The notes under the pieces were generated by a model. The model did not search any database, was not told the origin of the DNA, and saw only the letters and a list, made by a program, of their open reading frames with translations. Both the position numbers and the translations under genes were made by a program. A DNA stretch of 62,441 nt, filler included, from Streblomastix strix (Eukaryota), in assembly GCA_008636045.1 (NCBI GenBank). It is 4 parts of 4 records of this genome, joined end to end, with 100 filler letters (N's around TTAATTAATTAA, not from the genome) between each part and the next. Parts side by side here need not be neighbours in the genome. Positions count along the whole stretch, not along the records: positions 31,289 to 46,816 come from SNRW01000971.1; 3 more parts are not named here. The stretch is one strand, 5' to 3'. This document shows positions 31,289 through 43,560 of this stretch, one piece after another. Position 1 is the stretch's first letter. Every line of letters starts with the position of its first letter.

Positions 31289-31653
31289 AGTCTGTCAACA
31301 AGTGGACCGAAGCTAGCTCCTACTTTGTGACATCCTGTTGGGAAGTACTTCCCAAGAAGCACAAATATCTTTGCTCTACATCCAGTGAGCACACTCGGAA
31401 GTTCAAGTGCATTGACAGATCCAAATTGGCCTCCACTCTCAACTGGCTCATTTTTCCATGTTATTCTGAAAAGATTCAGCGAGTTTAAATCCTGCATGCC
31501 AACACTCTTCAGTTTGTCTTTCAATTTCTAGGGCATTAGTTCTGGATGAGATAGCTATTCAAGTGTGGGGATAAAGATATGCTTTTCTTTGCAGCGCTGG
31601 ACTGCATTGTTCAGACTTTAAGTTTCTTTTTCAGAATCTTTTTTCTCCTGCAT
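31289..31653 (-). CDS. PLP-dependent enzyme, fold type II (PALP/TrpB-like), anaerobic-bacterial type; 3'-truncated
   Basis: AVQRCKEKHIFIPTLEQLSHPELMP..LNLFRITWKNEP..ELPSVLTG..LGKYFPTGCHKVGA. PTGxHK carries the PLP lysine typical of this family. Confidence 0.85.
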
Positions 31654-31927
31654 ACTTTGGTAATTTATATTGAAAAGGTAAAATATAAATATAAAGTATG
31701 TTATTTATTAAAAAATTAAATATAATAATGAATATAATGATTTTGTTAGTGAGAAAAATAAAAATTAAAAGTTGGAAAATAAATATAGCAGCTGTAAGGA
31801 TAAGAAACCATTCCTGGGGTTCTCTCAGTTTGCATAACATTTATTAAATAATAAAACGTTGAATTATTGTGCTTCCATTCATAAAAATCATATCCAATTT
31901 TACGACAATTATTTCATTATGGTATTT

Positions 31928-33292
31928 TTATTTGATTTTAATCCCTAAAAACATTTATAAGTGATCTTTTAGCCTCATCAAGCTCACAAGCTGCCTCTAC
32001 ACCAATTTTTTCGAGTGGGATATCAAGAATATTTTGTGCATCAGCTCTTATTTTCTCTGTGTTAGCTTTTAATGACTTCATAACATCTAGAATGTGTTCA
32101 ACAATTCTGAAGTGCTGTAGTGCTTATTGAGCTTTTTCTCCAATTGGTGATGTTTCATGCTCTATTCGAATGTATGGAAACAGCTCAGTCTGTATAAACT
32201 CTTGCATACCCACTGATTCACTACGAAGTTCAGATAGAGATGCATTTAATGAATTAAGAATAGATGCAATCCTCCTTTATTTATTATCTTCTATTTCCTC
32301 ATTCTCTTTGTAGTTTGGAGTGATTGATAATTCAGATAATTAATATTAATCATTATTTAATTCCATTGATAATTGTTCGATATCAATGAGAGGAGGTATT
32401 GAATAATGTTTTCTATTTATTTATTATTGATCTATTTATGAATAATCATTTGAATTTGAGACTGGAGGGAGTATATTAGCAATTTATTCAAAATCTTTAT
32501 TTTCATACAGTTAATTATATTCATTTCGAACATTTTCTATTTGTTCATCCAATTAAATAATTTGCTATTAAAGTTCATTTTCATTTGGTGGTTAAAGAAG
32601 TGGATTTAATAATAATTAAATATCTGGGGGAAATACAGATAGTTGTGTTCTAAATATTGATCTATTCAACTTATCATATTGTTCTTCAGTAATATGCTTA
32701 GAGTTTTCATCTGTTCTATACGAATGTTCCAATATAATACGTTATAGAAATGCACTATCTCGATTTGATATACGTTCAAGTTCTTGATTATCAGGTACAA
32801 GTTCATATGTCAAAGCGAGATCTATTAACAATCTAAAGAATGTCTCTTATTCATCAATACTACTCAGACCTCTAATAACTGATACATCATCAGGTTAGCA
32901 GAGTCCAAGCAATGATGATACATATGCCATCCTCTTTTCAACAGTTTCTCTTGATCCCATAATTCTCATTGTTTCCCATTATGGTACTACTAGGTCAAGC
33001 AAAAATTTAATAACGGCTATTCGCAGATTAGATGATGGTGGTAAATTCCAAGGCTCTATATTCCGAATTTCATGAATTTAAGGGAATTTAAGCCTTTCTA
33101 AAAGCTCGCAATAATCTGCCATGATATAATCCTGAAAAATTAACAAAATTAACAAAATAAATCAATATTATTATATAGTATATTATAAAACATTAAATAA
33201 ACATTTATTTATGAAGGAGTTACATGCATTTTTCTTTGAAATAAATTCTGATTGGCCGAATGATCTGAAAGTGAATGTTTAAAAGTATTCAT
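31928..33292 (-). CDS. HAUS7: Augmin subunit 7 (HAUS7/AUG7)-like; 3' end unresolved
   Basis: LLERLKFP..LLGLCQPDDVSVIRG..FFRLLIDL..IFRTQLSVFPPDIQ..FIQTELFPY resemble motifs of plant AUG7 and animal HAUS7. ATG at 33122 or, via one intron, 33292. Confidence 0.7.
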
Positions 33293-33695
33293 TGGAATAA
33301 TTACTGGTATAATAATTATTTTTATCAATAATCATAGTAAATTTAGCAATTTATTAAAAAATAAGCGATAAAATCTGGATTTAAAGTGTGAGCAATGTAT
33401 AGCACACTAAAATAGTACTTAAATACAAAATATTGATGGAAATATTCTAAATTATTGCTTATATAAATTATTTAACTAATTAATGCACCATGTGTCAAAT
33501 ATACAAAAAAGAACAATATTTGTATGTATTATAATAATAACATCAAGAAAAAATAATAATAATAGATTTTTATAACTTAATATTTAATTATATCTCTTCA
33601 TTGTGGTAATTTTCACTGTTTTTATTTATTTTCTCGTTTACATAGCTATTACCTAATATAATAGATATTTGACAAGAGTATTGAATAGAAACAAA

Positions 33696-35914
33696 ATGTA
33701 TAATAATATTTATTCACAAAATAGAACAAATTTAGGAGTATCTACTGGATAAAATACTCAAAATATTTTCTTTTAACCTTAAGCTACAAACCGGATTGTG
33801 AATTTTAATAATCCTTTTGGCCCATCTGGAAATGCATATTCAACCATTAGCTAATAGCATCCAACTTCATCAAACCCGTTTGCCTCAATGGAGAATTAAT
33901 CTTAATCATAAGACTCAACATCCGCAATCAAAGTATCAAATTCTTCAAACCAACAGAACTCATATACAAATCCTTTAACTTAATTTGTTAATCCTTTTGC
34001 TGATAATCATTTAGCAATAACGAGCAATTCAAAAGACATCTCACCTAACACTTCTCAGATTAATGTTATAAATATGCAGACTTTATAACTCATTAGCTAA
34101 TAGAATTAGTCTAAAATTACCCAAGGCAATAAATATTATTAATCATCAAATAATGCATAATAACAGACTTTAGAGGCTCAATAAAGTTTATCTTCAACTG
34201 TTGATAATTAAGGATAATAAAATTCAAATTTACAAGGAAATGAATCAAATAGAAGTTAAACAAATCTAGATCATTCTTTAAAATTTGTTCAATAAGTCAT
34301 TTTAAATTAATATAAATATCTTTAAATTCCACCTGAGAATAGCAATTTGATAATCAATCTTCATTCTAGAAATAAATCTCATGCATTTGAATTTGAACCG
34401 TTTAAAGGGTCTTTCAACCCATTTGATGTCAACAATAAACCGTTGACAATTCGCTAGAATCCAATTTAAGTTACAAATGGATAGAATAATGCATTAAATT
34501 AGTAATCATAATTAGAATAAAACGCTTTAAATTCTTTATATAATCCGTTTGTTAATTAAATTAATCCATTTCAAACTAAGAAATAATCATAATTGTCTTT
34601 CAACTATTTCAATAATTTAAATGGACCTATTAAATCAATATTCAGTCCATAAATTGTTAATAATAACATAATAACTAATAATTCAACTGTAACTTAAACT
34701 ATTAATATTTCTTCTAACAATCCAAATTCTGAATAAAATAACTAAATTAAATTTTCATAGAATTATTTTTATTCACAGCAATTCAATCCATTTTCATCTG
34801 AACCATAAAATTCATTCACTTCAACAAATTAATATCCTATTTCTCAGCTAAATTCTTCTCAATCAAATAATTAGACTTCATAAACTTAATCAATTCAATT
34901 TGAGACCAAACAAATAATATAAGACTTGTGCATTAAAGTTCCTCTTTCATTATATAAATAGATTTAATAATTATTAAATAACAATTCAATATCTGAATAA
35001 GGCGTTAATAACTAATATCTATAATAATAGCAATATGACTTTCCTATAAAATAAATCATACCTATGATTTAAGATTTGTGTATAAATTATGGATAAACTT
35101 AATATGTCAAAGATTTTATCAATGTGTTATGTGTAGATATTGAGAAGAATATTGGATAAGCAAAGAATGACAATGAGAGATTATTCCTAAAGTTGTTGGA
35201 AGTCATTGTTTCTTGTGGAGCATATATTGTAGATGATTAATAATGTAATAGTTTCTTTAATATATTAAAGCAGAATAAATTAATAAACAAATTCAAAGAG
35301 TTAATTAACACTGAAGTTAATATCAGGAAGTAGAGAGATATTTAATGGGAAAATTCAGGAATAGTTTTGAGGTTTGTTTGTATATACTGTGGTATGACAA
35401 AAGGATTGTGTATAGATTTGAATATGCTTAAGATATGTGGAAGAGCTCTTAAGAGCTTTATGAGTAGCAAATCATCAGATATAATAGAAACTGTACAAGA
35501 AGAATGTTCAAAACATGATAATCAATCCATTTAACAGCAAATTGATGAAAAATTCATAATGTTAATTCGATAAGTCATATATATATTAATTTCTATTTAA
35601 TATTTATCAGAATATTATTAAAATGTTGAATATTTGATTAGTGAATGTTAAATTCATAAAGTTGTTTCAAAATACATACACATTAACTGTTATAATGAAA
35701 TTGAAGATAGACGAAAAATAATGATTATTGACAAATCAATCAATGCAGAACTACTTGCATCCACATATTACACTTTGAGAAAACTGATATATGCTTTGGA
35801 TTAGAAAGAAGAATTACTTGATCATTTGATTGATGATAATTAAATTCTATTTCATGTCAGTAAATACATTATAAATTTTGCAAAAAATATATAGACACAA
35901 ATTAACTTAGATCT

Positions 35915-35945
<31 letters not shown>

Positions 35946-36617
35946 GAATAATAAGAATAATAAACTATTTCTAGTATATCTCATTAGTTTATACCTCAAA
36001 ATTAAAAATCTTTTGGATATAAAACATTCTCTGTTGAAGAATATCCATCAATAATCGCTTTAGAAGCACTTCGACTTATAAATTGTCTCCTATTTGAAAA
36101 CTAATAGTTTTCTGATGAATGTTTTTAATATAAAGAATTATTCTCAAATCTTATTATTCTTTCTCATTTCTAAAGGAGAAATTTTGAAAGAATCAGATAT
36201 TCTTAGAATGCCGATATAATCAGATTGTTAAGTGCATAATGTCTTATATTGATATAAGTAAATAGTAATGAATATCTTCAACAAAAAATAATGAATAATT
36301 CAATAATTCATAATGCGTATATTGGAATGATATCAACTTGTGGAGGAAGCTGTGAAGAGAATAATGATGTTATCATTAGTGGAATATGTGCATTCAAGGA
36401 TATAACTTGGAATTATAAATTGAATGAAGGATCAAATACAAATCCATTGCTTCATAAGGCTGCTAATGAAGGAATTGAAGAAGAAGGAGGAATGGAAGAA
36501 ATAGAATCACATCTATTTCATGCTGTAGATATGAAATATGCTTATTTAAAGGAATAAACAATATAAACCAAGAATCAACTATTATTCCACAGGGGATTCT
36601 ATTAATAAGACAATTGA
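33696..36617 (+). CDS. ~970-aa protein: Q/N-rich N-half with seven NPF motifs plus a C-terminal 'ISTCGG..EEEGGMEEIES' family domain
   Basis: ATG 33696 and TGA 36615-36617 share a frame with the supplied ORF 36291-36557. NPF motifs read directly. Confidence 0.7.
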
Positions 36618-37466
36618 AAAGAAGATAATTAAGTAGGATAAATTGGATAGAATAAAAAGGAAGAAGAAGAAGAAATTGAAAATTGTTGATTTAATTATAT
36701 AAATAACCTTATGAACAATGTTTGGTGAAATAAGATAAGAAGTTATTGAATTGCATGTCAATCTAACATAATTCTGAAATTTCAGTGCATAAGACAGTTC
36801 TTTATGGATTAGTTTCAATTAATAAACAACATAAAAAATAACAATTATTATTTTCTCATTAAGTTCAAATATTGTTGCAATTCAACTTCATTTATTCAAA
36901 CCAGTCCTATCTAGCCATTTCCTGTATAAAATTTTCATAACCTATCACATTTTTGTTAGTAATCCCATTATTATTAAAATTTTTCATTTAAAATTATCTG
37001 TAATGTTCAGCATATCGAAAACTACATTCTAAAAATTTATTATAGATTTTCTCGCTTATTTTGTAAACATTAGATTATCTTAGCTTGTTCATTTAAAGTA
37101 TTTTTTTATATATAAGCAATGAATATATTATTATTGTAATTTATTCTCCTTGTATGGTGATTGATAGTACTATATTAATAATTTTAATAGAACACTCTCA
37201 ACTTATACATTTTATTAAATAAACTATACTTTTTATTAAATATAATACTAATTTACTAACTAATTTCAATTATATTTATGATATATACCACTTGACGTGA
37301 TGTATTTCTGAATTTATGAATTTTTTTTTAATTAATATAATTTTAGTCAAAAAATGAAATTATTTGTACTTAAATTCAATGATTCATTTTTTTATCATAT
37401 TTATTATTTAGTTTTAATTTTTAATTATTTTTTATTTCTGAATATTAATCAAGAGTTAAACAAAAG

Positions 37467-38100
37467 ATGACCCTTTTAACATTATTCCTTGGAGTATTTT
37501 TTGCTATATGTTAAAGTCAATCCATTGAAAGTATTTGATCATTAATTTTTTATTTTCATAATATATGTTTTTTTGTATCTATAATACTATTTGTCAACTT
37601 TTAGACGAAGATACAAATGAAAAGTTATGTTCAATATTTAAGAACAAGAAAGAATGTGTTGTTTCTCGCTTTTGCGTTTGGTGCGAAAATCCATATATTG
37701 TATGAATTCTTTCTTTTTTTATAAATTCAATTTTTATTTTAATAATTTTGAAAATTTTATCATCTGCAGCCTGAAGATATTGAAAAATTAAATGATGATA
37801 ATGGACCATAATGTTTGAGAGGTATGGATATTTCTACAATTTTTCTATGATTAATATCTTATTATTTAATAAAATGATATTATTTTTAATCAATTAAAAG
37901 GAGGGTAATTCGGATCTAACAAGAATGACAGTCTAAATGGGAACTATGAATGCAAGTATTCGCAATGCTATTGGTTATCATCTAGTATTAAACTTCCTGC
38001 ATATGTTGGAATAACAACTGTGTCATTCGTTGTTGGGTTTGTCATTCTAGAAGCCATCTTGATATTCATTTGCGCTAAATTTAAACGCAAGACAAATTGA
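37467..38100 (+). CDS. Small type-I membrane protein with a PSI-like Cys-rich domain (PTTG1IP-like), 4 exons
   Basis: Signal peptide MTLLTLFLGVFFAICQS, CSIFKNKKECVVSRFCVWCE..C..C..C, TM helix VGITTVSFVVGFVILEAILIFIC, basic tail, TGA. Confidence 0.75.
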
Positions 38101-38373
38101 ATAATATTTAAATCTCATTTCATGATCTAAATTCTGAATATTTTCAAAGGTTTTTTATTGTTTGTCAGAGTTATGTTAAATAAACAGTTTAATTTGTCAA
38201 CACTTAAACTTTGATATTTTATTTTTAAATTTTATTTTCAAGTGAATTGCTACGTATTAAAAATGCCGAAAAAAAAGTGAAAGTGTAATGACGTAAATTA
38301 AAACTAAAGTTAAAATAGTTAGTTCAAATAGCTAGTTTAGACAAAGTTAGTCCGTTTTAGATGTTAAATTCGC

Positions 38374-41300
38374 TCACCAATGTAATACAATATCGCGTGG
38401 CTTACGAGCAGCTGTGCCGTGAACAAGTCTCTTGAAAGATCTTACTATGCAATATGATTCAGCGTGCAACATGCTTATCTATAATACAATAATCAACTCT
38501 CATATCAATCATAATTAATTAATAATAATCTCCACACCGCAAAGTAGACTCTCTCTCTTATACCTTCAATGAAGACACGCTGTTATGCACCATCCACAAA
38601 GAAGGTTAGAGTGTTCTCTTATAAGTCAAGCTCTGCACGTACAATTTGATGATCTGTGAAACCCATATTGCCTGAGACCGGTGACACTCTGTGATACACT
38701 TTTCCTTTCCATTGACTATAGTCAATAATATGATAAACATTTAGTAAATGATGAATAAAAGAAAAATGATTAAATTAGAGTAATTAACTAGAAATCATAC
38801 GCTCCAAGATATGATGCTGCATCCTTACCGTCTAAATTTGATAATTGTTGAAATTAATAAATAAATTATTTTAATAAATGATTAAATATTTGAAATATTT
38901 AAGTTTAGTATTAAAAATTATATAATAAAAATATAGAGGACTATCAAATATAAAATAAAATAATATTTTATTTTATATGCAAACTAGGGAAATGCCAAGC
39001 AGGTTATGTCTCAGCAAACAACTCTGGAGTATCACGTATAATGCCAACAGCTATAATAAAATATAATATAAAATAAAATAATATAATGAATATAAATATA
39101 TACATTAATATGATATTATATGTGAAATCTTTCACCAGATATTCTTCATACCTGCATGACCCTGACTGTCAAAGAACTCTACTTCAAGAGAGTATATACC
39201 ATTCTCAAGTGCTCTATTGATTAACGCAGTATTCCATTTATCATCCATTTTAGTTATCCTCTTTTACCCTCCTTCAATATCATCTGATATTACTCTGGAT
39301 CCTTATGGCTTAAAGATAACAATTGGAAGTTCTATATATATTATTAAAGAATTATATTAATGAATTAAAAAAGAAATAATGTATAATATCTATTATATCA
39401 TTAAATAAGCCATTTATAATCAAACCTTAAGGAGCAGTAATTTCCATATCATCCCTTTAAAGATAATATGACTGTTAGAGTTTATCAAAGTTATCATATT
39501 ATTTATCATTTCTACTTCCAGTTCCATGATCTAATGGAGCTTATGGTTATTAACTTCTTGTTGATTGTGATTTCCATTCATCATTTCTAAAAGATGATAT
39601 TTATTGGTTATTATTTTTTCTACCGCCAGAATCTGGCTCACCAGTTGAACGGAATGACTTCTATTGAAATCCATTGTTATCTCTTGCTGATGCTTATGAC
39701 ATTGGTCTGAACGATTTTTATTGAAATTCAGAGGGATCATCAGCACGATATGACATGGGTCTATTACTCACCATTCCATCTCTTGTAGATTAAGGACCAC
39801 CAGATCTATATGATTTAATCTGAAATTGATTTGGCTCTTCTTATGTATATAAATTCTCTCTATTACTTGTTATTTCTTCAACATTTCTTGCACTTCCTGC
39901 TCTAAATGATGCAGCTTCCGCTTATTTTGTATCTGGTCGATAAGATACTTCTTCTTATTCATAAGGTTTGCCTTGTGATCTATATGATGCTACATCTCGA
40001 TTACTTAATCTTTAACTTAAAGCTTCTGCTTATTTTGCATCTGGTCGATAAGATACTTCTTCTTCTTCATAAGGTTTGCCTTGTGATCTATATGATGCTA
40101 CATCTCGATTACTTAATCTTCCACTTAAAGCTTCCGCTTATTTTGTATCTGGTCGATATGAAACTTCTTCTTGTCTATAAGATTTATCTGGTTATCTGTA
40201 AGAGGCTGCTTATCGATTACTTAATCTTCCACTTAAAGCTTCTGCTTATTTTGCATCTGGACGATAAGATACTTCTTCTTATTCATAAGGTTTGCCTTGT
40301 GATCTATATGATGCTACATCTCGATTACTTAATCTTTAACTTAAAGCTTCCGCTTATTTTGTATCTGGTCGATAAGATACTTCTTCATAACCGTAAGATT
40401 TATCTTGTTATCTATATGATGCTACATCTCGATTGCTTAATCTTCCACTTAAAGCTTCTGCTTATTTTGCATCTGGACGATAAGATACTTCTTCTTCTTC
40501 ATAAGATTTATCTTGTGATCTATATGATGCTACATCTCGATTGCTTATTCCTCCACTTACTCCTTCGGCTTATTTAGCATTTGGTCGATAAGATGTTTCT
40601 TCTTGTCTATAAGATTTATCTTGTTATCTATATGATGCTGCTTATCGATTACTAAATTCTCCAGTTATTCTTTCGGCTTATTTAGCATCTGGTCGATATG
40701 ATACTTCTTCATAACCGTAAGATTTATCTTGTTATCTATATGATGCTACATCTCGATTGCTTATTCCTCCACCTACATCTTCAGCATGTTTTGCATTTGG
40801 TCGATATGATACTTCTTCTTATCCATAAGATTTATCTTGTGATCTATATGATGCTACATCTCGATTGCTTAATCCTCCACCTACATCTTCAGCATGTTTT
40901 GCATTTGGTCGATAAGATGTTTCTTCTTGTCTATAAGATTTATCTGGCTATCTATATGATGCTGCTTATCGATTACTAAATTCTCCAGTTATTCTTTCGG
41001 CTTATTTAGCATCTGGTCGATATGATACTTCTTCTTATCCATAAGATTTATCTAGTTATCTATATGATGCATTATCACCTTATCTAAATGAGCCATCTTC
41101 TTGTCTATAAGAACCATCTTGTCTGTATGATCCGTCTTACCTATATGATCCTTCTTATCCATACTATCCATCTTCTTACCTATAAGAACCATCTTCTTAC
41201 CTATAAGAACCATCTTACCTATAAGAACCATCTTCTTATCTATAAGAACCATCTTACCTATACGATCCTTCTTGTCCATACTACCCATCTTGTCCATATT

Positions 41301-41508
41301 AACCATCTTCTTGTCTATATGATCCATCTTGTCTATATGATCCTTCTTGTCCATACTAGCCATCATCTTATCCATAGTATCCATCTTAGCCATACTAACC
41401 ATCTTCTTACCTATAAGAACCATCTTGTCTATATGAACCTTCTTGGCCATATTAGCCATCATCTTATCCATACTAGCCATCCTATTAATCTTCCTAGCGA
41501 TAACTCAT
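38374..41508 (-). CDS. Repeat-rich protein (GSYRQ/DGQYG repeats, 36-aa repeats) with a C-terminal SPRY/B30.2-like domain
   Basis: ATG 41508. C-terminal exons ENGIYSLEVEF..VGIIRD..IVRAELDLQENTLTFFVDGAQQRVFIEGI..YCIVRSFKRL..HW-TGA are homologous to 55551-56370. Confidence 0.75.
39910..41070 (-). repeat. 108-bp (36-aa) coding tandem repeat, ~10.5 units (ASYRQPDKSYRQEETSYRPNAK..LSNRDV)
   Basis: The motif (c/t)tgg(t/a)cgata(a/t)ga recurs every 108 nt from ~39931 to ~41012. Confidence 0.92.
41090..41490 (-). repeat. Irregular 18/21-bp coding repeats (DGSYRQ(E), DGQYGQ)
   Basis: Seen directly. Confidence 0.85.
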
Positions 41509-43308
41509 TTTTCAAAAATCGATGTATACTACAACAGTATTAATGAAAATAGTTAAAAACAAATAAATTATAGAAGATCAATGGCTAAAAATTATTTTTA
41601 ATTATCAAATTTGTTTTGCCTTCGTAGCCATTAATCAATTAAATAAATAAAATAAAATTATTAAAAATGGATTTAAAATGTTAATTAATACTTAATTGCC
41701 TTATTATAAATTAAATATTAATAAAAATTAACGCTAATTTGCCACGTTTAATATATTTGCCTAGTTTATGCCGTCTGAAGCACGTAATAAGTAGTAAAAT
41801 TGTAGGTAATGAGTTTGTGCGTGTTATTTAATTGTGAAATTTATCTGAAATTGTTTGAAAAACTCCTTTTCTACCAAAAGATACTGAACCGTAAGATATT
41901 TTCAGTTTTATCGGCAAAACTCAAGGAATTGAATTTTATCGAAGTAATTGAAATTATCAAATTTTAAATAACTTACATTATTACTGCTAATTCAAAGAAT
42001 CCGATTGAATAAGCGGCGATCTTACACAAAAAAAATTTATTTTAATTAAATCATTTAAATTTATTATTTTTATGTTATTATTACTATTTGTTTTTATTTA
42101 CTATTTAACAATTTCATATTTTTTAAATCTATTCTTCTTCTTTTTTATATGTTACTCTTCTTCTTAATCATTAAATAGGATTATATTTAAATTTAAATCT
42201 TCTTCCTCTTCTTCATTCTTTCCAAATTCTTCTCTTAACAACAATTAAGAACTATATTTGCTATTAAATTCATCATTAAATTTAAAAGTATGATAAATTT
42301 CATTATTTTAAATATACTCATATGTTTCGTCTGATTCTTCTTTTATTTTAAATTAATCTCTTTTAGAATTTTTGTTTTTTTCTTTTGATACATCCAAGAA
42401 AAATTTACAAATTGTTGTCTTTTTATGTTTTTATATTAAAAATAACAATTAATAAATGTTATTAATATTTTTAGGTAATTATTTGCTGGATTCAAGTGTA
42501 GATAATTTTTATGTTTAAAATAAAAAATATTTTAATACGTTTAAAATGAAAAATATATTATATAATTAATATGAATATTATCCAACCGGGATGTAAGATA
42601 AATTTTGAAATAGTTTGTATTAAAGTTTGATTAAGTGTCGGATCTCTCTTAAACCATGGAGAAATTTTTTTATAGAACAAATTTGATAAATTTTATTTTT
42701 GGACAGACTGGATTAAATATGGATCGCATTGTTCGTCTTATCCGATTATCACGAAATGTGGTGGTAGTATTAGCAATGGATAAAGATGGTGTATTGGGTC
42801 GCGATATCCTCGCCGAGTTAAAGACACTTATTTCATCCTCGACCGTTACACCTAAAAAAAATTTATACAATCATACACTTGTAAAAAACTCTTGCAGAAA
42901 TAGCCGACTAAGCTTTAGTTAGTGAAAACTAAGATGATCATAAACTCAAATTGACTAACCAAGCGTTCATAACAGTGAATATAAGATTTTTGTCAGTTTT
43001 TCAAGCTACGATGAAGGATCAACAATAAAATGAATATATTTCTTCTAATAAACTTGTTAGTACCTTATTAATAACCCATTAGACAATATAGATTCACTAC
43101 GGTTTCTTCTGAGTCACGTTAAAAGAGGAATGAGCTGAAATCTCAAAAGTTGCTGAAAGATTAGTTGAGGTTAAGCTTCATAAAAGAACGAAGAAACAAA
43201 AATATCTAGAATTGCAGAAGAAGTTGAAAAAGTACTAAAAGCAATCAAAGCTGTGAATAATTATTATTTTATGTTTGTCAGATTTTTATTAAAAAAATAA
43301 ATTTGATT

Positions 43309-43550
43309 ACAGGCTTTGGAAATTAAGCCAAATTTGACAGAATCCAAATATGATTCACTTATGGGTATAACATTTATTAAATGTACAATGGGTCAGATCA
43401 TTCAAGCCGCATATATAAAAGGACATAGTTAGTGAAATGATGTAAAACAAATGAAAAAACGTGAATCATATTTGGATTCTGTCTAATTTGGCTTAACTGT
43501 TAAAGCCTGTAGTTAGACGTGAATCCCAAATGATTCACTCATGAGTTTAT
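43309..43550 (-). repeat. DIRS element 2 right ITR end (43309-43370) and ICR (43461-43550)
   Basis: 43309-43358 is the reverse complement of 43461-43510. 43530-43550 repeats the ITR core atgattcac(t/c)atg. Confidence 0.85.
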
Positions 43551-43560
43551 TTAAAGGAAT

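Noticed and set aside
39906..41543. Regularly spaced repeats resembling a CRISPR array, and L/I/H-rich plus-strand ORFs
   Set aside because: The whole 108-bp unit is repeated with no unique spacers, and it codes in frame on the minus strand in a eukaryotic gene. No cas genes are present.
42560..43260. ORFs 42656-42922 and 42670-42870 next to the DIRS end
   Set aside because: They lie outside the element's right ITR and have no recognisable domain in any frame I read.
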